Part shown: in pieces, positions 1-12,259 of the stretch
How positions within the stretch are numbered: the first letter of the stretch is position 1
How the letters are laid out: every line of letters starts with the position of its first letter
Assembly (NCBI GenBank): GCA_024679065.1
Contig: JAGIQG010000002.1
Location: 102,796,001-102,860,000, forward strand
Origin: Sphyrna mokarran
Taxonomy: Eukaryota
DNA: 64,000 nucleotides
Direction of reading: 5' to 3'
Notes under the pieces: generated by a model
Database searches by the model: none
What the model was told of the DNA's origin: nothing
Seen by the model: the letters and a program-made list of their open reading frames with translations, nothing else
Translations under genes and position numbers: made by a program

Positions 1-225
1 TGTCAGAGATTTGCTCTGATAAGTACTCCCAAAAAACAAACGGGAAATTCTACCGTTTTCCCTTCCTTTCGGCACTTAGTTTTTTTTTAGGGAAAATCCC
101 AGCCAAATTGTTTCATCCTCCTGCTGCCCCCCTCTCTACCTTACAGATCTTTGCAATCATGTTTCCTGAAAAAATTATTTAAGGCATTCCAAATTCAATT
201 GCAGCAAAAAAAAGTAAAATAATAA

Positions 226-550
226 TAGAACAAGAACAAAGAACAAAATAGCATGGGAACAGGTCCTTCAGCCCAACGAGCCCGCGCCGCCACCCCAGTG
301 TTCCCACCTCTACCCGTAATCCCTGTTTATGTTTATAGATCTATGGATTAAAAACCAAATTTTAGACAATTTAGGGAGAATTTGTTTTGCCAATTAGCCT
401 AAGAGCACATCTTTGGGATGTGGGAGGAAACCGGAGCTCCCGGAGAAAACCCACGCAAGCACGGGGAGAATGCGCAAACTCCCACAGACATAGGCCCAAA
501 TCCATGTATCTGCACAGCACAGCGATAGTCACTGAGCTGTCGTGTTGCCC
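226..550 (-). mobile_element. HE1-like V-SINE
   Basis: Reverse complement contains the V-domain (gagtttgcgcattctccccgtgcttgcgtgggttttctccgggagctccggtttcctcccaca...caaagatgtgc), a tRNA-like head and a CR1-type tail ending in (ttctttg)-like repeats. Confidence 0.85.
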
Positions 551-839
551 ATCAAATGTCCAGGTCAAGCGTACACTAACGACGTGAAGCACTAGGATAC
601 TCTCGAAAAAAATCCAAGAGCAGCCCTCTCACGACCCATCGCGTGTATGCCCCTCGTTAGACAACAAGGTGGGCCAAAGCACCTGTAGGATAAAAACAAG
701 TACATCAATATCATCATCTATTTACACACTTCCCAGGGACTCTCAAGGCTCATGATCCCTATTAACTGTTTGCCTCTCTCCGCTCTCTCTCTCTTTCTGC
801 CTCTTTCTGTATTGCTATTATAGCAACATCAAACAACAA

Positions 840-2330
840 AAAGTAGGTTTTCAGGAGTCTCTTAAAGGAACTTAGAGTGGCGGAGAGGTTTAAGGAGGGA
901 ATTCCAGAACATAGAGCTCAGACAGCAGAAGATACAACTAGCAATGGTGGAGCATTTTAAATCAGGGATGACAAAGAGGTCAGAATTAGAGGTACATTCA
1001 CAGAGGAGCACTCAGAAGGCTATTGGTCTGGAGTAAATTGCAGAAATAGCAAGGGATGCGACTGGAGGGATTTTAGAACAGAGATGAGAGTTTTAAAATC
1101 AATGTATTACATTTTCAAACACAGGTTAGTGAGCACCATGGTGATAGGTGAACAGGCTTGATGTGAATAAGGACAACAGTGTCTTGGATGACCTAAAGTT
1201 GAGCAAGGGTAGGATATGGGATGCCAAGTAGAGATACATTAGAATACTCAAATACAGAGAAAACAGAAGGATGGATGAGGGCTTCAGTAGCTGATGAACT
1301 AAGGCAGGAGCAGAATCTTGTGATGTTCCAGAAATAAAGATAGAAAAGGGGTAGAAAAGTGGTTTGGGAAGTTCATGTTGGGGTCAAATATGACACTAAG
1401 TTTAGTTCAGGCTTTGATAGTTGCTGGGGAGGGATGAAGTTGATACCTAGGGAAGAGTGTTTGTAGTGGGGAATAAAGACAATGGTTTTGGACTTTCCAA
1501 CATTTAATTGGACTAAATTACAGCTCATTTAGTAGTGGATGCTGGGCAAGCAGTCTGATAAATTATCAACAGAAGAGAGCTTGTACTGAGTTAGAGCTGG
1601 ATGTCATCTGTGTACCTGTAGATACTTGCCCTCTGTTTCCAGATCAAGCTGCTGAGTACAGGAGCTAGTCAAAGATAGGTGGTGGTGTGTGAATGAAAAG
1701 AAAAGCCACTGCAGGTGAGAGCCTGGCTATAACGGAAGCAAAAAATTCAATCATTTGGTCAAAAGTGGAGGAGGATGGTTCACTTGATTGTGTCGAAGGC
1801 TGCAGAGAGTTTCGGTGGGGTGGCAAAAAATTGTTTACATTTTCCAGAAGATTTCATTTCTCACTTTGATCAGAGCTGTTTCGGTACTTTGACAAGAATG
1901 GAAACATGATTTGAGGAATTCAAACATATTGTTCTGAAAAAGATGGATACAGACTTGTGAGGTAACAATGTGTTCAAGGATTTCAGAGAGAAAAGAGTGA
2001 TTGGAGACAGGGTGGTAATTTACAAGAATGGTGGGGTCATTTATTGTGGCAATGACAGCAAATTTTATGGAGTTGAGGACAGCATCTGAGAGGAGAGAAG
2101 TATTAACAATTTTGGCTAACCACCATGAAGGGAATTTCAGTGCACAGCAGTTGAGTGAGAACTCGGGGGTTGGGGGGGAGTCATAGACAAGAGGAACTTG
2201 GAAAGGATAAGTGGGGGGGCATGAGAAAAACTACAGAATTATGTGAAGTAAGGATTAGAGCAGGATAAAACCATAGAGCAAGTATTGCAAAGTGGGCTAA
2301 AGAGAAGGGAGGGAATTGACAGAGGCAGAT
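840..2330 (-). mobile_element. Degraded L2-clade LINE
   Basis: Purine-rich + strand typical of antisense L2 ORF2. Includes an RT-motif remnant (+ tgtgtcgaaggctgcagagag, reading LSAAFDT on minus, ~1790-1810). Its left end resembles the fragment at 9570-9800. Confidence 0.6.
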
Positions 2331-3278
2331 AATTGTATCAGCTTCATGATGAACAGCTTCTCAAACTTATTATTACAAGTTAGCAGGCATGATAATGGAT
2401 TTCAAAATTCAACTGATTTTTTTTTAATTGCTTGGCTAACACGAAATCTATCTCACTTCCTCAGTTAAAACATTTGCTTAGGTTTATGGAACAAAGGCTG
2501 CAACAGGTACATTCATTTTCTTTCACTGCCTTGCACTCACATGAACACATCAGTGAAAAACACAGATTTACATTCAACTGTTCGAAAAAAAAATACAAGG
2601 AATTTTACTTGTAGTTTTCAAAATTTGCCCTCCAGTTTTTCTCCAAATAATTCTGGAAAATGACTGAGGAAGAATTGTTGAGGTCAATGGTATGTTACCC
2701 ATTATATAGCTGATTGAATGGGACTTATGTAATCCTTTCTGTGGCTTGCTGCCTTCTTGGTGGACAGACTCAAGCATTTCTAAGTGAATCTCATGGTCAC
2801 TGCCATTGTGCATCTTAAATTCCGGATGGTCTTATGTGACAGTAGGGTTGGAAGGGCAGAACCTGACAAATTGCAATCCGAAATGGATCTGGCAAAGACA
2901 CTCATGTGATATTAATGGCTGCAATGCAGATGAAGGCTGAAGTAGTAGGGAAATCCCCAGCAGGCGTGATTTCTTTGCCACCGAAAGTGGAGCTACTTTC
3001 TGTCAAGTACCATGTGTTTGCTCATGTGCAATGGCATTCCCATTTTAAAAGACGTCCCACACCAGGTGTCTACTTACAGGAAACCATATCCGACCATGCA
3101 AACAAGCCATGTGGCAAGCGCAGAGAAGTCACAGGGATAGGATCATGAGATCTGGAAGTCCCTGGATTCGGTTTGGCCAACAGGCAACGGAGTTTGTCTT
3201 AGAATAAGAAAAGGAGAGCTCTTCAGCCACTTTCTTCACGGCCGAGCAGCTCTCTTCAGGATCTACTGTGCTCACCAC

Positions 3279-3305
3279 CACACACACACACACACACACA
3301 CACAC
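3279..3305. repeat. (CA)n microsatellite
   Basis: Uninterrupted cacacaca run. Confidence 0.95.
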
Positions 3306-3488
3306 CACCATGGGAGGCATTGCAAGAAATGCAATGTAGAAAAACTGCCTTAAAAATAATCTGTTCCATCTGCAACCTGCCTGGCAAATCACATTTGGTG
3401 GACACACCTACCTGCTACAGCTTCAGTGGGCTCATCGACCTGCAGTAGATCCAATGTGTCAAGCAGGCTTATTTACCAGGAAGTGAAT

Positions 3489-4100
3489 AATAGAACATAG
3501 AACATAGAACACTACAGCACAGAACAGGCCCTTCGGCCTTCGATGTTGCGCCGACCAATATAAAAAGCAATGCCCCTCCAAACTAAACATTCCCTTCTCT
3601 TCCATATACTTATCAACTAACCTCTTAAACGCCACCAAACTTGGCGCATCTACAACTGCTGCAGGCAGGGCATTCCACTCCCGAACCACCCTTTGGGTTA
3701 AGAACCTACCTCTGATATCCGTCCTATAACTATCACCCCTTAATTTAAAGCTGTGTCCCCGCGTGCTAGCTTTCTCCATCCTAGGAAAAAGGCTATCACT
3801 GTCCACCCTATCTAAACCCCTAATCATCTTATATGTTTCGATAAGGTCCCCTCTTAGCCGCCTCCTTTCTAACGAAAACAACCTCAAATCCCTCAGCCTC
3901 TCTTCATAAGACCTGCCCTCCATACCAGGCAACATCCTGGCAAACCTCCTCTGTACCCTCTCCAATGCCTCCACATCTTTCTTATAATGCGGGGACCAGA
4001 ACTGCACACAATACTCCAAGTGCAGCTGCACTAGAGTTTTGTACAGTTGCGACATGACGTTGCGGCTCCGAAATTCAATCCCCCTACCAATAATACTGAC
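3489..4100 (-). mobile_element. Young 5'-truncated CR1/HER1 LINE (ORF2 C-terminus, 3' UTR, (GTTCTAT)n tail)
   Basis: ORF reads LYKTLVQLHLEYCVQFWSPHYKKDVEALERVQRRF...LERRRLRGDLIETYK...TRGHSFKL. Has the 3' stem-loop and heptamer tail. Confidence 0.95.
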
Positions 4101-4833
4101 ATCTCTCATGGAACTTCAACATGTGGATGACATCGCCATTTCTGCATTCTCAGAATCTTCAAGCCACACCTGACAGCTTCACAGAAACAGACCAAAGAAT
4201 TGGTCTCAGCCTGAACCTCAAGAAGACTCAAGTCTTCTGATAACCTGCCTCAGGGCAAGATCTGGTCTCTTCCTCCTTCAAGGTCAATGAAGAAACTCTT
4301 TCAAATGTGGAACATTTCTCCTACCGAAGGAGCTATCTTTCATTTAAGGCTGACGTTGATGTGGAGATTCAACACTGTGTCCAATCCACAGGTGCTGCTT
4401 TTGGAGGCCTAAAGATGATATCTTTGATGACTGCAGCATTCATGCTGATAGGATCCTTATGTACAAGACAATCATCCTTCCAACTCTTCTATATGGCTGA
4501 GAAACTTGGACTCAAGGCCCTGCAGAAGAACTATCAATGCTCTCTGACATAGATTCTCTGCATCAACTGGTAGGATAGGCATACTAACTGCTGCAATCTT
4601 GAAGGAGCTAAGAGAACTAGCTTCCAGGCCATGCTCTTCCACAACCAACTCCACTGGGCTGGTCATGCGCTTAGAATGTCAGAGTTCTGACTGCCAAAGC
4701 AAACCTTCTTCACCTAGCTCAAGGAAGGCATTTAAACAAGAGGAGAACAAAGGAAGTGCTTCAAAGGCACCCCAAAAACTTACCTCAAGAAATTCAACAT
4801 ATATGCTAGGGCCTGGGAAACCCACTCATCAAT

Positions 4834-4915
4834 CCCCTGATGAAGCAGCAGCACTCCAAAAGTTTGTGATTCCAAATACAAATGTTGGACTTTAACCTGT
4901 TGTGAGACTTATTAC
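4834..4915 (+). mobile_element. Penelope-like terminal fragment with hammerhead remnant
   Basis: ctgatgaagcagcagcactccaaaagtttgtgattccaaatacaaatgttggactttaacctgttgtgagact. Same family as 39133-39310. Confidence 0.6.
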
Positions 4916-5899
4916 TGAATATTTTAGATTGCAGTATCTAAAGTTAACTGATAACAGTACAGAGTAAAAATATCAATTTCAAACCTATCTCAATTTGGAA
5001 TAGACTGAGACTTTGAAGTAAACATTTTGACAAAAATGTGAAAAGGCACCACTGACCAAACTAATTTTGTTGTGCTTTTGTGAATAATTTTTCAGTGCTT
5101 TCATTTAAATCTTGTCTGAAACATTAGAAATTAACTTTTCAGAAAACTGTAACGTCCCAATGACCAAATTATGCAATCAATTACCAAAATTTCATGGACA
5201 AAATGCTTTACAGATGTGGACCCTGGGATTTAACATCTGAAAAATTACACAAAAGTATCACAATGACCTTTCAACTGAGGAGCCATCGCAGATCACAATA
5301 TAACTTGTGACTGGGTGACATTTGAGGCCAGCAACTCCAAAATCAGCTAAGATTCACACTTCACTCTATGATATAATTACATTAATTGAAGAAGGTGTCT
5401 CGAGGTACTCCATAGGTACTCCATAATCAGACAAATATTGGGCTGAATAATGTGCCTGTATGTCGATGGTGGGTTCTCACCTGGAGGTTGGTAGTATTCC
5501 AACTTCCATGCCCACCATTGCTGCGTGCCCAGTAATATGTTAATTACCAACAATTAGCAACAAGGGCAGGTTACAGACCGTCATTGCACCTAATGAGTGC
5601 TGGAGAGTAGGACGTCCAGTCTCAGATGCTGCAGGTTGTGGTACAGGCATGAGAAAGTGTCAGAAGATCCATCAGATGATCCCTGGAGAGCAGTAGCTTT
5701 ACATTGTGAAGATTTATCTATTTCCTATTCTCACTAGGTGAGTCAATTTAAAATTGAGCTAATCTCTACTCACTATATCAATCTTTATAGATGGCACAAT
5801 GTTTACAATTCAGCAAGTCTCCTGCCTTTGGCATGGAGAGGTTGAACAAGTTTTACACGTTTCTATGCATATATATCTGCCCCATCGAAGCAAGGAGGG

Positions 5900-6560
5900 A
5901 AGCATTTTGTAAGGGGCAAAGTTGCCCACAGATAAAGTGAGGCCATTCTTGGTGCCCACCTGTGTGCAGTACATGCTAGACACAACCAACTTATGCCAAA
6001 CACTGAGAAAAGGAGGAAACCCAAGAGATTCGTGGGAGGAAATGGCCAACGAGGTCACCAGTGTTGACAAAGTGAGAAGCACTTTGGCACCAGTGCTACA
6101 AAAGGTTCAATGATTTCATGAGGTCGGTTACAGGTAGCTTTATCACTGAGTGTGTATCCTTGAGGCGGCATAGGCTCACCTGCACCTCCATTGACAGTTT
6201 CTGGGTTCCTTCTGACCCTCAAGGTCTGGCAATGCTCTATCACCTTCCTGAGGAACTACAGTGTACTGAACCCCACTGTGTTCCTTTCTTTCTCACACCT
6301 TCCTCTTCCACTTCCCCTTACCTTTCTCATCTCTTCATTGCAAGTTTCATTGCCAACTGAGACTACAATCACTGTTTGTCTCAGACACTTTTCACTTCTC
6401 ATCCCTGGATACAGAGAGGAAAATAAAAAGCCCTCTAACTCAGAGGACAGTCCTCCACCTGAAACAATATCCTACATGGTTACTCTGTCCACTCAAATGA
6501 ACAGTCCTTGCAGTCAATGGAGTTTAAATTGCATAGCTACTGCAGTTCAGTTTTAAAACT
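5900..6560 (+). pseudogene. Harbinger-type Myb/SANT DNA-binding ORF relic
   Basis: WEEMANEVTSVDKVRST, a frameshift, then WHQCYKRFNDFMR. This matches the W..IA..V....RT..QC.K.F.DL pattern of NAIF1/MSANTD-like domains. Confidence 0.6.
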
Positions 6561-6789
6561 CACCCAGACATGCTTGCCCTTAAAAAACAGATCCCCACCT
6601 ATCATAAATCTTACTCTGAAGGTGAATTATTGCCTTCTTACCACATTGTTGCAGCAAGATAGGTAGTTATTTAGCTCAATTGTCTTTTTAATTGATATTT
6701 AAATAACCTGGGCAAGTTCCCAACTTTTTGACCCATCCAGGTGCCATATCCATATCTCTTAGATAAGTCACAAAAGTATTAAATTCTTA

Positions 6790-7018
6790 ATGTGCAGAAG
6801 GAGGCCATTCAGCCCATTGAGCCTGCACTGACAACAGGCCTATTCCTGCAATCCCATGCATTTGCCCTGTTAATTAATACCCCTGACTCTCAGAGACAAA
6901 TTACCAACCAACCAGGACATCTTTGGACAGTGGAAACACTTGCAGGAAACCCACAGGGATAGTGACCTAAGGCCCTATGAGATACTGTGAGGTAACAGTG
7001 CTAACCACCATGCTGCCC
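6790..7018 (-). mobile_element. Partial HE1-like V-SINE
   Basis: Tail gaaggaggccattcagcccattgag and head gtgaggtaacagtgctaaccaccatgctgccc. Confidence 0.75.
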
Positions 7019-7732
7019 AGAAACAGCAGAAACTGGCATGATGATGTTGTAAACACTTACCCAATATCATCACATTCCATAATGTGCTCCATAGAGCAGG
7101 AAACACTCGCAATCTTGGAGCATATTATTCAGACCATTGTTACTGTGATGCTTACAAGCTTGACAGGGAGGATTTTGTAAAGATGGGCAATAAAGATAAC
7201 GGGAAAGGTAAATATGAAATTTACTTTAAACTAAAATGCATGAATAGGACAATTGGGACATCACTTGAAACTCCTACATTTTAGAACGGTTCAGGATGTT
7301 CCTCTTCACACAGAAGAAAGATTTGAACTCTTGTTGCCGTGCGAGGGACATATGATTAAAAATCAGTCACCTCTTTCACATCTTTTCCTACAGAAAGAAA
7401 ACATGGTGAATGGTAAAACAAGATGTCATTTTGCTATCATCACTTTTCCACCTGGTAATAAGTGTTAACATTCCCCAAAGTGATCAACATATAGAATGAC
7501 CTTCCATGGAGGTCATGGAGACAATAATCCTGGAATTATTTAAGAAATGATTAGATGCTAAACTATAGGTCTTATTGTTTTATTGAATGGGAGAATTAAA
7601 ATGTGCTTAATGAGTCTAAAAGGGTTTGAAGCCAGAAGTAGAATCTACCTGAACTCCAAACTGGTACATCTTAGAGAAGGAAACAGTACATTTTTGCTAT
7701 TTGCTTCAATGTTTAAATAATCTGACAAAGAA

Positions 7733-8090
7733 ATAGAATGAAATCTCTATAGTGCCGAAGGATGCTGATCTACCCATTGAGTCTGCACTGACTCTCCAAA
7801 AGAGCATTCTTCTTAGTCCCACTGCCCCACCTTATCCACATAAACCTGTGCATTGAACTTCAATCCACCTAACCTACACATCCTTGGACACCAATGCCAA
7901 GGGGCAATTTTAGCATAGCCAATCCACTTAAATTGCTCATCTTTGAAGTGTGGAAGGAAACCAGAGCATCTGGGGGAAACCCATGCAGACACAGAGAGAA
8001 TATAGCTAACTCTGCACAGACAATCACCCAAGGCCAGAATTGAATGTGGGTGCCTGATACCGTGAGGCAGTAGTGCTAACCATGCCGCCC
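7733..8090 (-). mobile_element. HE1-like V-SINE
   Basis: Complete head (gcactactgcctcac), V-domain and tail on the minus strand. Confidence 0.85.
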
Positions 8091-8122
8091 TTAAAACCTA
8101 TTAGGTTACTGTGATAATCAGA

Positions 8123-8290
8123 TCAAAGAACAAAGAACAACACAGCATGGAAAACAGGCCCTTTGGCCCAACAAGCTCGCACTGCCATTTTAACAGAGTG
8201 AGTTCCCATTTCCACCCATGACCCTTGTCTATGTTTATGGAAATCCACATTGGAAACCAGATTGGGGAGACAATTTAGGAACAGTTGAGT
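8123..8290 (-). mobile_element. V-SINE/CR1 3' tail fragment
   Basis: Closely resembles 235-376 (aaagaacaaagaac...aacaggccctttggcccaacaagc...gttccca...agacaatttagg). Confidence 0.7.
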
Positions 8291-8411
8291 ACATATATGG
8301 AAAATATACTCTATACTTAATGTGTTGGTATGATGCAATGAAATGCTGGGACTTAGAGCAGTATTCTCCCACTTTGAGACTAAATGCCATGGCAGGGAAG
8401 GAAAATGAAGG

Positions 8412-8525
8412 ATGGGATTTTCTGGCTACACTCGCCCCAAAAGCAAAAAAATCCTCCCCAAGGTCAATGGTCTGCTCCCATCTACTACAATTGCCATAGC
8501 AGGTGGGATTGGCAAATCTGCACCC
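8412..8525. mobile_element. Short MITE-like repeat
   Basis: 8415-8470 aligns with the reverse complement of 54514-54570 (ggatttt...cccaaggtcaa(t/c)gg). Confidence 0.55.
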
Positions 8526-9569
8526 CTCCCCCACCCACACTCCCAGAGGGTTTCCCGCAGCAGATGTTGATGGGAAAACATGTCAAATATTCCAGCCCTA
8601 ACTTCATTAATTATGAACCTGAGTGTCTTGTGCCATATCCAGTGGCAGCCAAGCCTGGATGGCATGTAGTATGCTGTCATATCTGGATGTCATCTTGAAA
8701 AGCCACCAAACACCATGGACTTACTGTTGAAGAAAGAATGGAAAGTGCTTGAAAATTAGCATACTTCTCTATGAGACCGAAAGATTGATCTCTTGAAAAT
8801 AAAGATGGCTCTTCAGGAACTTTCTAAGGCAGAAAAAAAAACATCTAATCTTAAAAGGTCCACCTGCAGATGCTCCCATGACCCATAGCTGTGGTGTTCT
8901 AGGTTCCAAAGTTGCATGCTGCCTCCACCCTAAGCTCCAGAGAAAGTCTCAGGCTTTATTAAGGTGAGTCCTAACATCCCACACCACATTGCTCCAATTG
9001 TCTTTCATGTTAATATGTTTTAGTGATGATATCATGGAGAATCCAGCATGAGGTTTCAGGCCTTCATCTGGATGTCATTAACAGAATGCAAGTAAGATTT
9101 AGGCTAGCCTCTGATAGGTTTTCCAACCTGCCATGGTGGGCATCTGTGGAAGATCCTGCTGTAAATTCACATCAGCATGAAACTGATTTCTGGGCATCAT
9201 GCCATATTCTCTTCCAATCATCAAACCCACCAGCAGAGCTTGAGTGAGTTCTTCTCTTAATTCCCAATTAGGAAGCAGGAAAAATATTATTGTACAAAAA
9301 TCATGTATGGGCTTTTATGGTTAATGCTTCCTGTTAATGCTGCTCCTTACAAGTAGTGGCCAATTCGTAAATCATTCTATTTTGTTCAGTTCTGGAATAG
9401 TGCATCACATGTATGGATACACATACAATGCAGAATGTTCAGATAGAAGTAAATGACAACTTATAATAAGATTGGCCCCTTGGAAATAGCAAAGGTATCC
9501 AAATAATGAAAAAGAATTGGTTCTTTAAGAGTAGCAAATTAGCATTTCAATCTTAAAAAGGTACTTAAG

Positions 9570-9800
9570 CTGGGGGATGATAAAATTAAATTTGACACTA
9601 AGACACAGAAAGAGATATTAAAACAAAATATCAAAAACTTGGTCAAAGAGGCAGATTGTAAAGACAATCATAGAAGGTTGGAATGAATGTTAGAGAAACT
9701 GAGAGGTTAAGTGAAGAAATTCCAGAGCTTTGGGCCTCGGAAGCTGAAAGCAGAACAAATAAAAGTGGAAATACACAAATCACCAACACTGGATGAGAAC
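9570..9800 (-). mobile_element. L2-like 3' fragment
   Basis: gagaggttaagtgaagaaattccagagctttgggcctcggaagctgaa resembles 883-930. Confidence 0.5.
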
Positions 9801-10504
9801 AGACATCTCAGTTCACCATTATACTTGGCAGGGGTGGGGAAGGAGTGGGGGGGTGGGGAGAGACAAGATATTTCAGGCAATAAAAGGGTATACTTTTGTT
9901 ATTTACTTGAAATATTTAAATTATTTAGCAAAGCAATCAAAAACATAATAGAGTATTATGATTTTTACTCGGAACAGTGCAGCGTAAACCTTGACAAACT
10001 ATTCTTAACTTGAAAATGCGCAGGTCAGACTACGTTTAAAATTCTGGAACTTAATCCCCAGTTGGGCACACCTGGTGAGAAGCTGATGTTAAATCTAAAT
10101 GAGATGAGTTAGAAGGCAAGATTATAGCAGCTCAATCTTTATATTCTCGTGAGAAGGCAGATAAGGGTGGTATACAAAACATTAAACAATATTGGTAAGG
10201 CAATCCCAGATATCAACTTCAAAGGAATGTAAGTCTAAGGTGCATAATTTCAATAAGTGGAAATCATTTCAAATTCTTGCTTGAGAGCAATTCCTCACTC
10301 ATACAAAAAGATAAATTTAGAAAATAATCTGCCTGACTAGATAATACAAAGAAAAAGATTAATAATATTTAAAATACTAAAACCAGAGAGTTAAAGTAAA
10401 AGATGAATATGCTTCAAAGAGCAGAGTGCACATTCTGCACCCTTGATGTTTTAATGTTTTTATTTGGCAGCAGTTTGCTAAAGAATTGATTAAACCTAAT
10501 GTAT

Positions 10505-10790
10505 AAATAAAACCATAAAATTCTGGAAAATGTATAGCAAGTTAGCATGCATCAAAAAGTTTAGCCAAACTCTGGTGAACATTTCATGCAGAACCTTTCA
10601 ATGGAACATTTTAAAAAAGCAACTCTCAATGAAAAGGTCAAGTGAAGGCAAATTTGATGAGTCAGGAAAAGCAAGCTGGCTGGAAACAGGAGAAGGGTTG
10701 TTTCTGATGAAAGGTTATGTCTGAAATATGAACCTGTTTCACATGTTGACTGACTTTCTGAGCATTCCAGCATTTTTTGTTTTTATTTCA
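10505..10790. mobile_element. Penelope-like element with inverted termini
   Basis: Left arm aaaaccataaaattctggaaaa... is inverted relative to right arm ...ctgagcattccagcattttttgtttttattt. A CTGATGA...GAAA core lies at 10704-10726. Confidence 0.6.
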
Positions 10791-11946
10791 CATTAAAACA
10801 TAATTGTATTTTTATTTTCATTTTATATTAGCCCCATGTCCGTTTTTATTTGTTTACTTGAACTTTCACAAATTTGACGAAGTATATCCAGGGTGTATAT
10901 GTAGCCAGAGTCCATCTTAAGTTTAATTTTAAAAAATTACATTTTCTAATTCGAGCAGAAAAAGTATTGTTTCATGCTAGTTACAAATAGTTACACTTAC
11001 TCGACTAATTGTTTTCATGTAACAACAAAATAACCAAACTTGTTTCTTTTTTAGAGATTACAAAATGTCAATGTTTCTATACACTTAAAAATGATAGATT
11101 TATAAAATTGATGTCCATGTCTTTTACCCACTTGGTTCAAGACTTACTGAAAGTAAATCGTAACTTATTTTTATTGATCCATTCAGATTTGATGATCTTT
11201 TCAGTCAGATATCTTAAAAGTTAAAAGTTAAAAGGCAGACTATGCACCCATGTTATGTTGGCTGTTGGATAACATTTAAACCAACTGAATGTGAATGAGC
11301 TCTTACTAGTGCAAGTCCAAAGCTTTTGAATTCCAGTAGGATGGAATGAATTTCACATATAAAGTATGATTATCCTTGAAGGTGGGTGCACCTTAGAAGG
11401 TCTACGTGTACAATGATGCTCAATGTCGAGGTAACTGGAAACCAAGGAAACAAATCCCCATGGGTGCAGTGGCATATCATTTAGAGAGCAGCAGTGCTAC
11501 TGCTGTTGTTTTTGATAGAACCAATTCCCTCATGCTGACCAATTAATTACTAAGGAACATTGATATCATTCAATACCTTTATCTGGGAGAAGCAATCTTA
11601 TTTTGCTTTTGCAAACATGGACATTGGTGTCATAATGATGTGTTGGTAATTGCAGGTAATACATTGTTACTTAGAATGTATTTAAAGTGCTTTGATTCAC
11701 CATCATTTAGCAAACAGTTCGATTGTGACACAGTATCAACAACAACATCAAAAATTTGTATTAATATGTCCAACAATACCAAGGAAAACTCTGCCAAATG
11801 TCTAACAATCTTATCTTATGCAAGATTGGCTGTGTAGAAAATTGAACAATTTTAATTAAAAAATAATCTCATCACTTTTAAAGCACTGTAAATGCATTTG
11901 TTGAGTTCATCCTTTCTTGAATTTGGTGCCATGTATAAGTATATGG

Positions 11947-12073
11947 TGATAAGTATATGGAAGAGAAGGGAATGGTTTAGTTTGGAGGGGCATTGCTTTT
12001 TATTTTGGTCGGCACAACATCGAAGGCCGAAGGGCCTGTTCTGTGCTGTATTGTTCTATGTTCTATGTTCTAT
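11947..12073 (+). mobile_element. ~125-nt CR1 3' end with TSD
   Basis: Nearly identical to the reverse complement of 3489-3615. Has a (GTTCTAT)3 tail and tataagt on both sides (11934-11940, 12071-12077). Confidence 0.9.
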
Positions 12074-12259
12074 AAGTTGTCATGTCTGAAATGTAACCCC
12101 ATACAATCTGCCCACCCCTTCCTTCTTCACAAAATAATCTTAAGAAAAGTTTGCAAAAAGACCACCGCAGTGTGTCAAGGGTCACCTGAGCTTTCCTTTA
12201 TTTCCCCCTTTTTTTTCTTTTGTAACGTTCACATGAGATTACAGTTACATTGTACTATG

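Larger units (their letters stand above)
3040..4830 (+). mobile_element. Degraded RTE-clade LINE interrupted by a CR1
   Basis: After the CR1 it reads LMELQHVDD (YADD-like), GLSLNLKKTQV, VEHFSY and QLHWAGHALRMSEF*LPKQ..LKEG..RGEQRKCFK, the typical RTE ORF2 C-terminus. The 5' part (3040-3480) is much more decayed. Confidence 0.7.

Noticed and set aside
3459-4109. 216-aa and 242-aa (62966-63694) ORFs as host genes
   Set aside because: They are 5'-truncated CR1 ORF2 C-termini with LINE tails.
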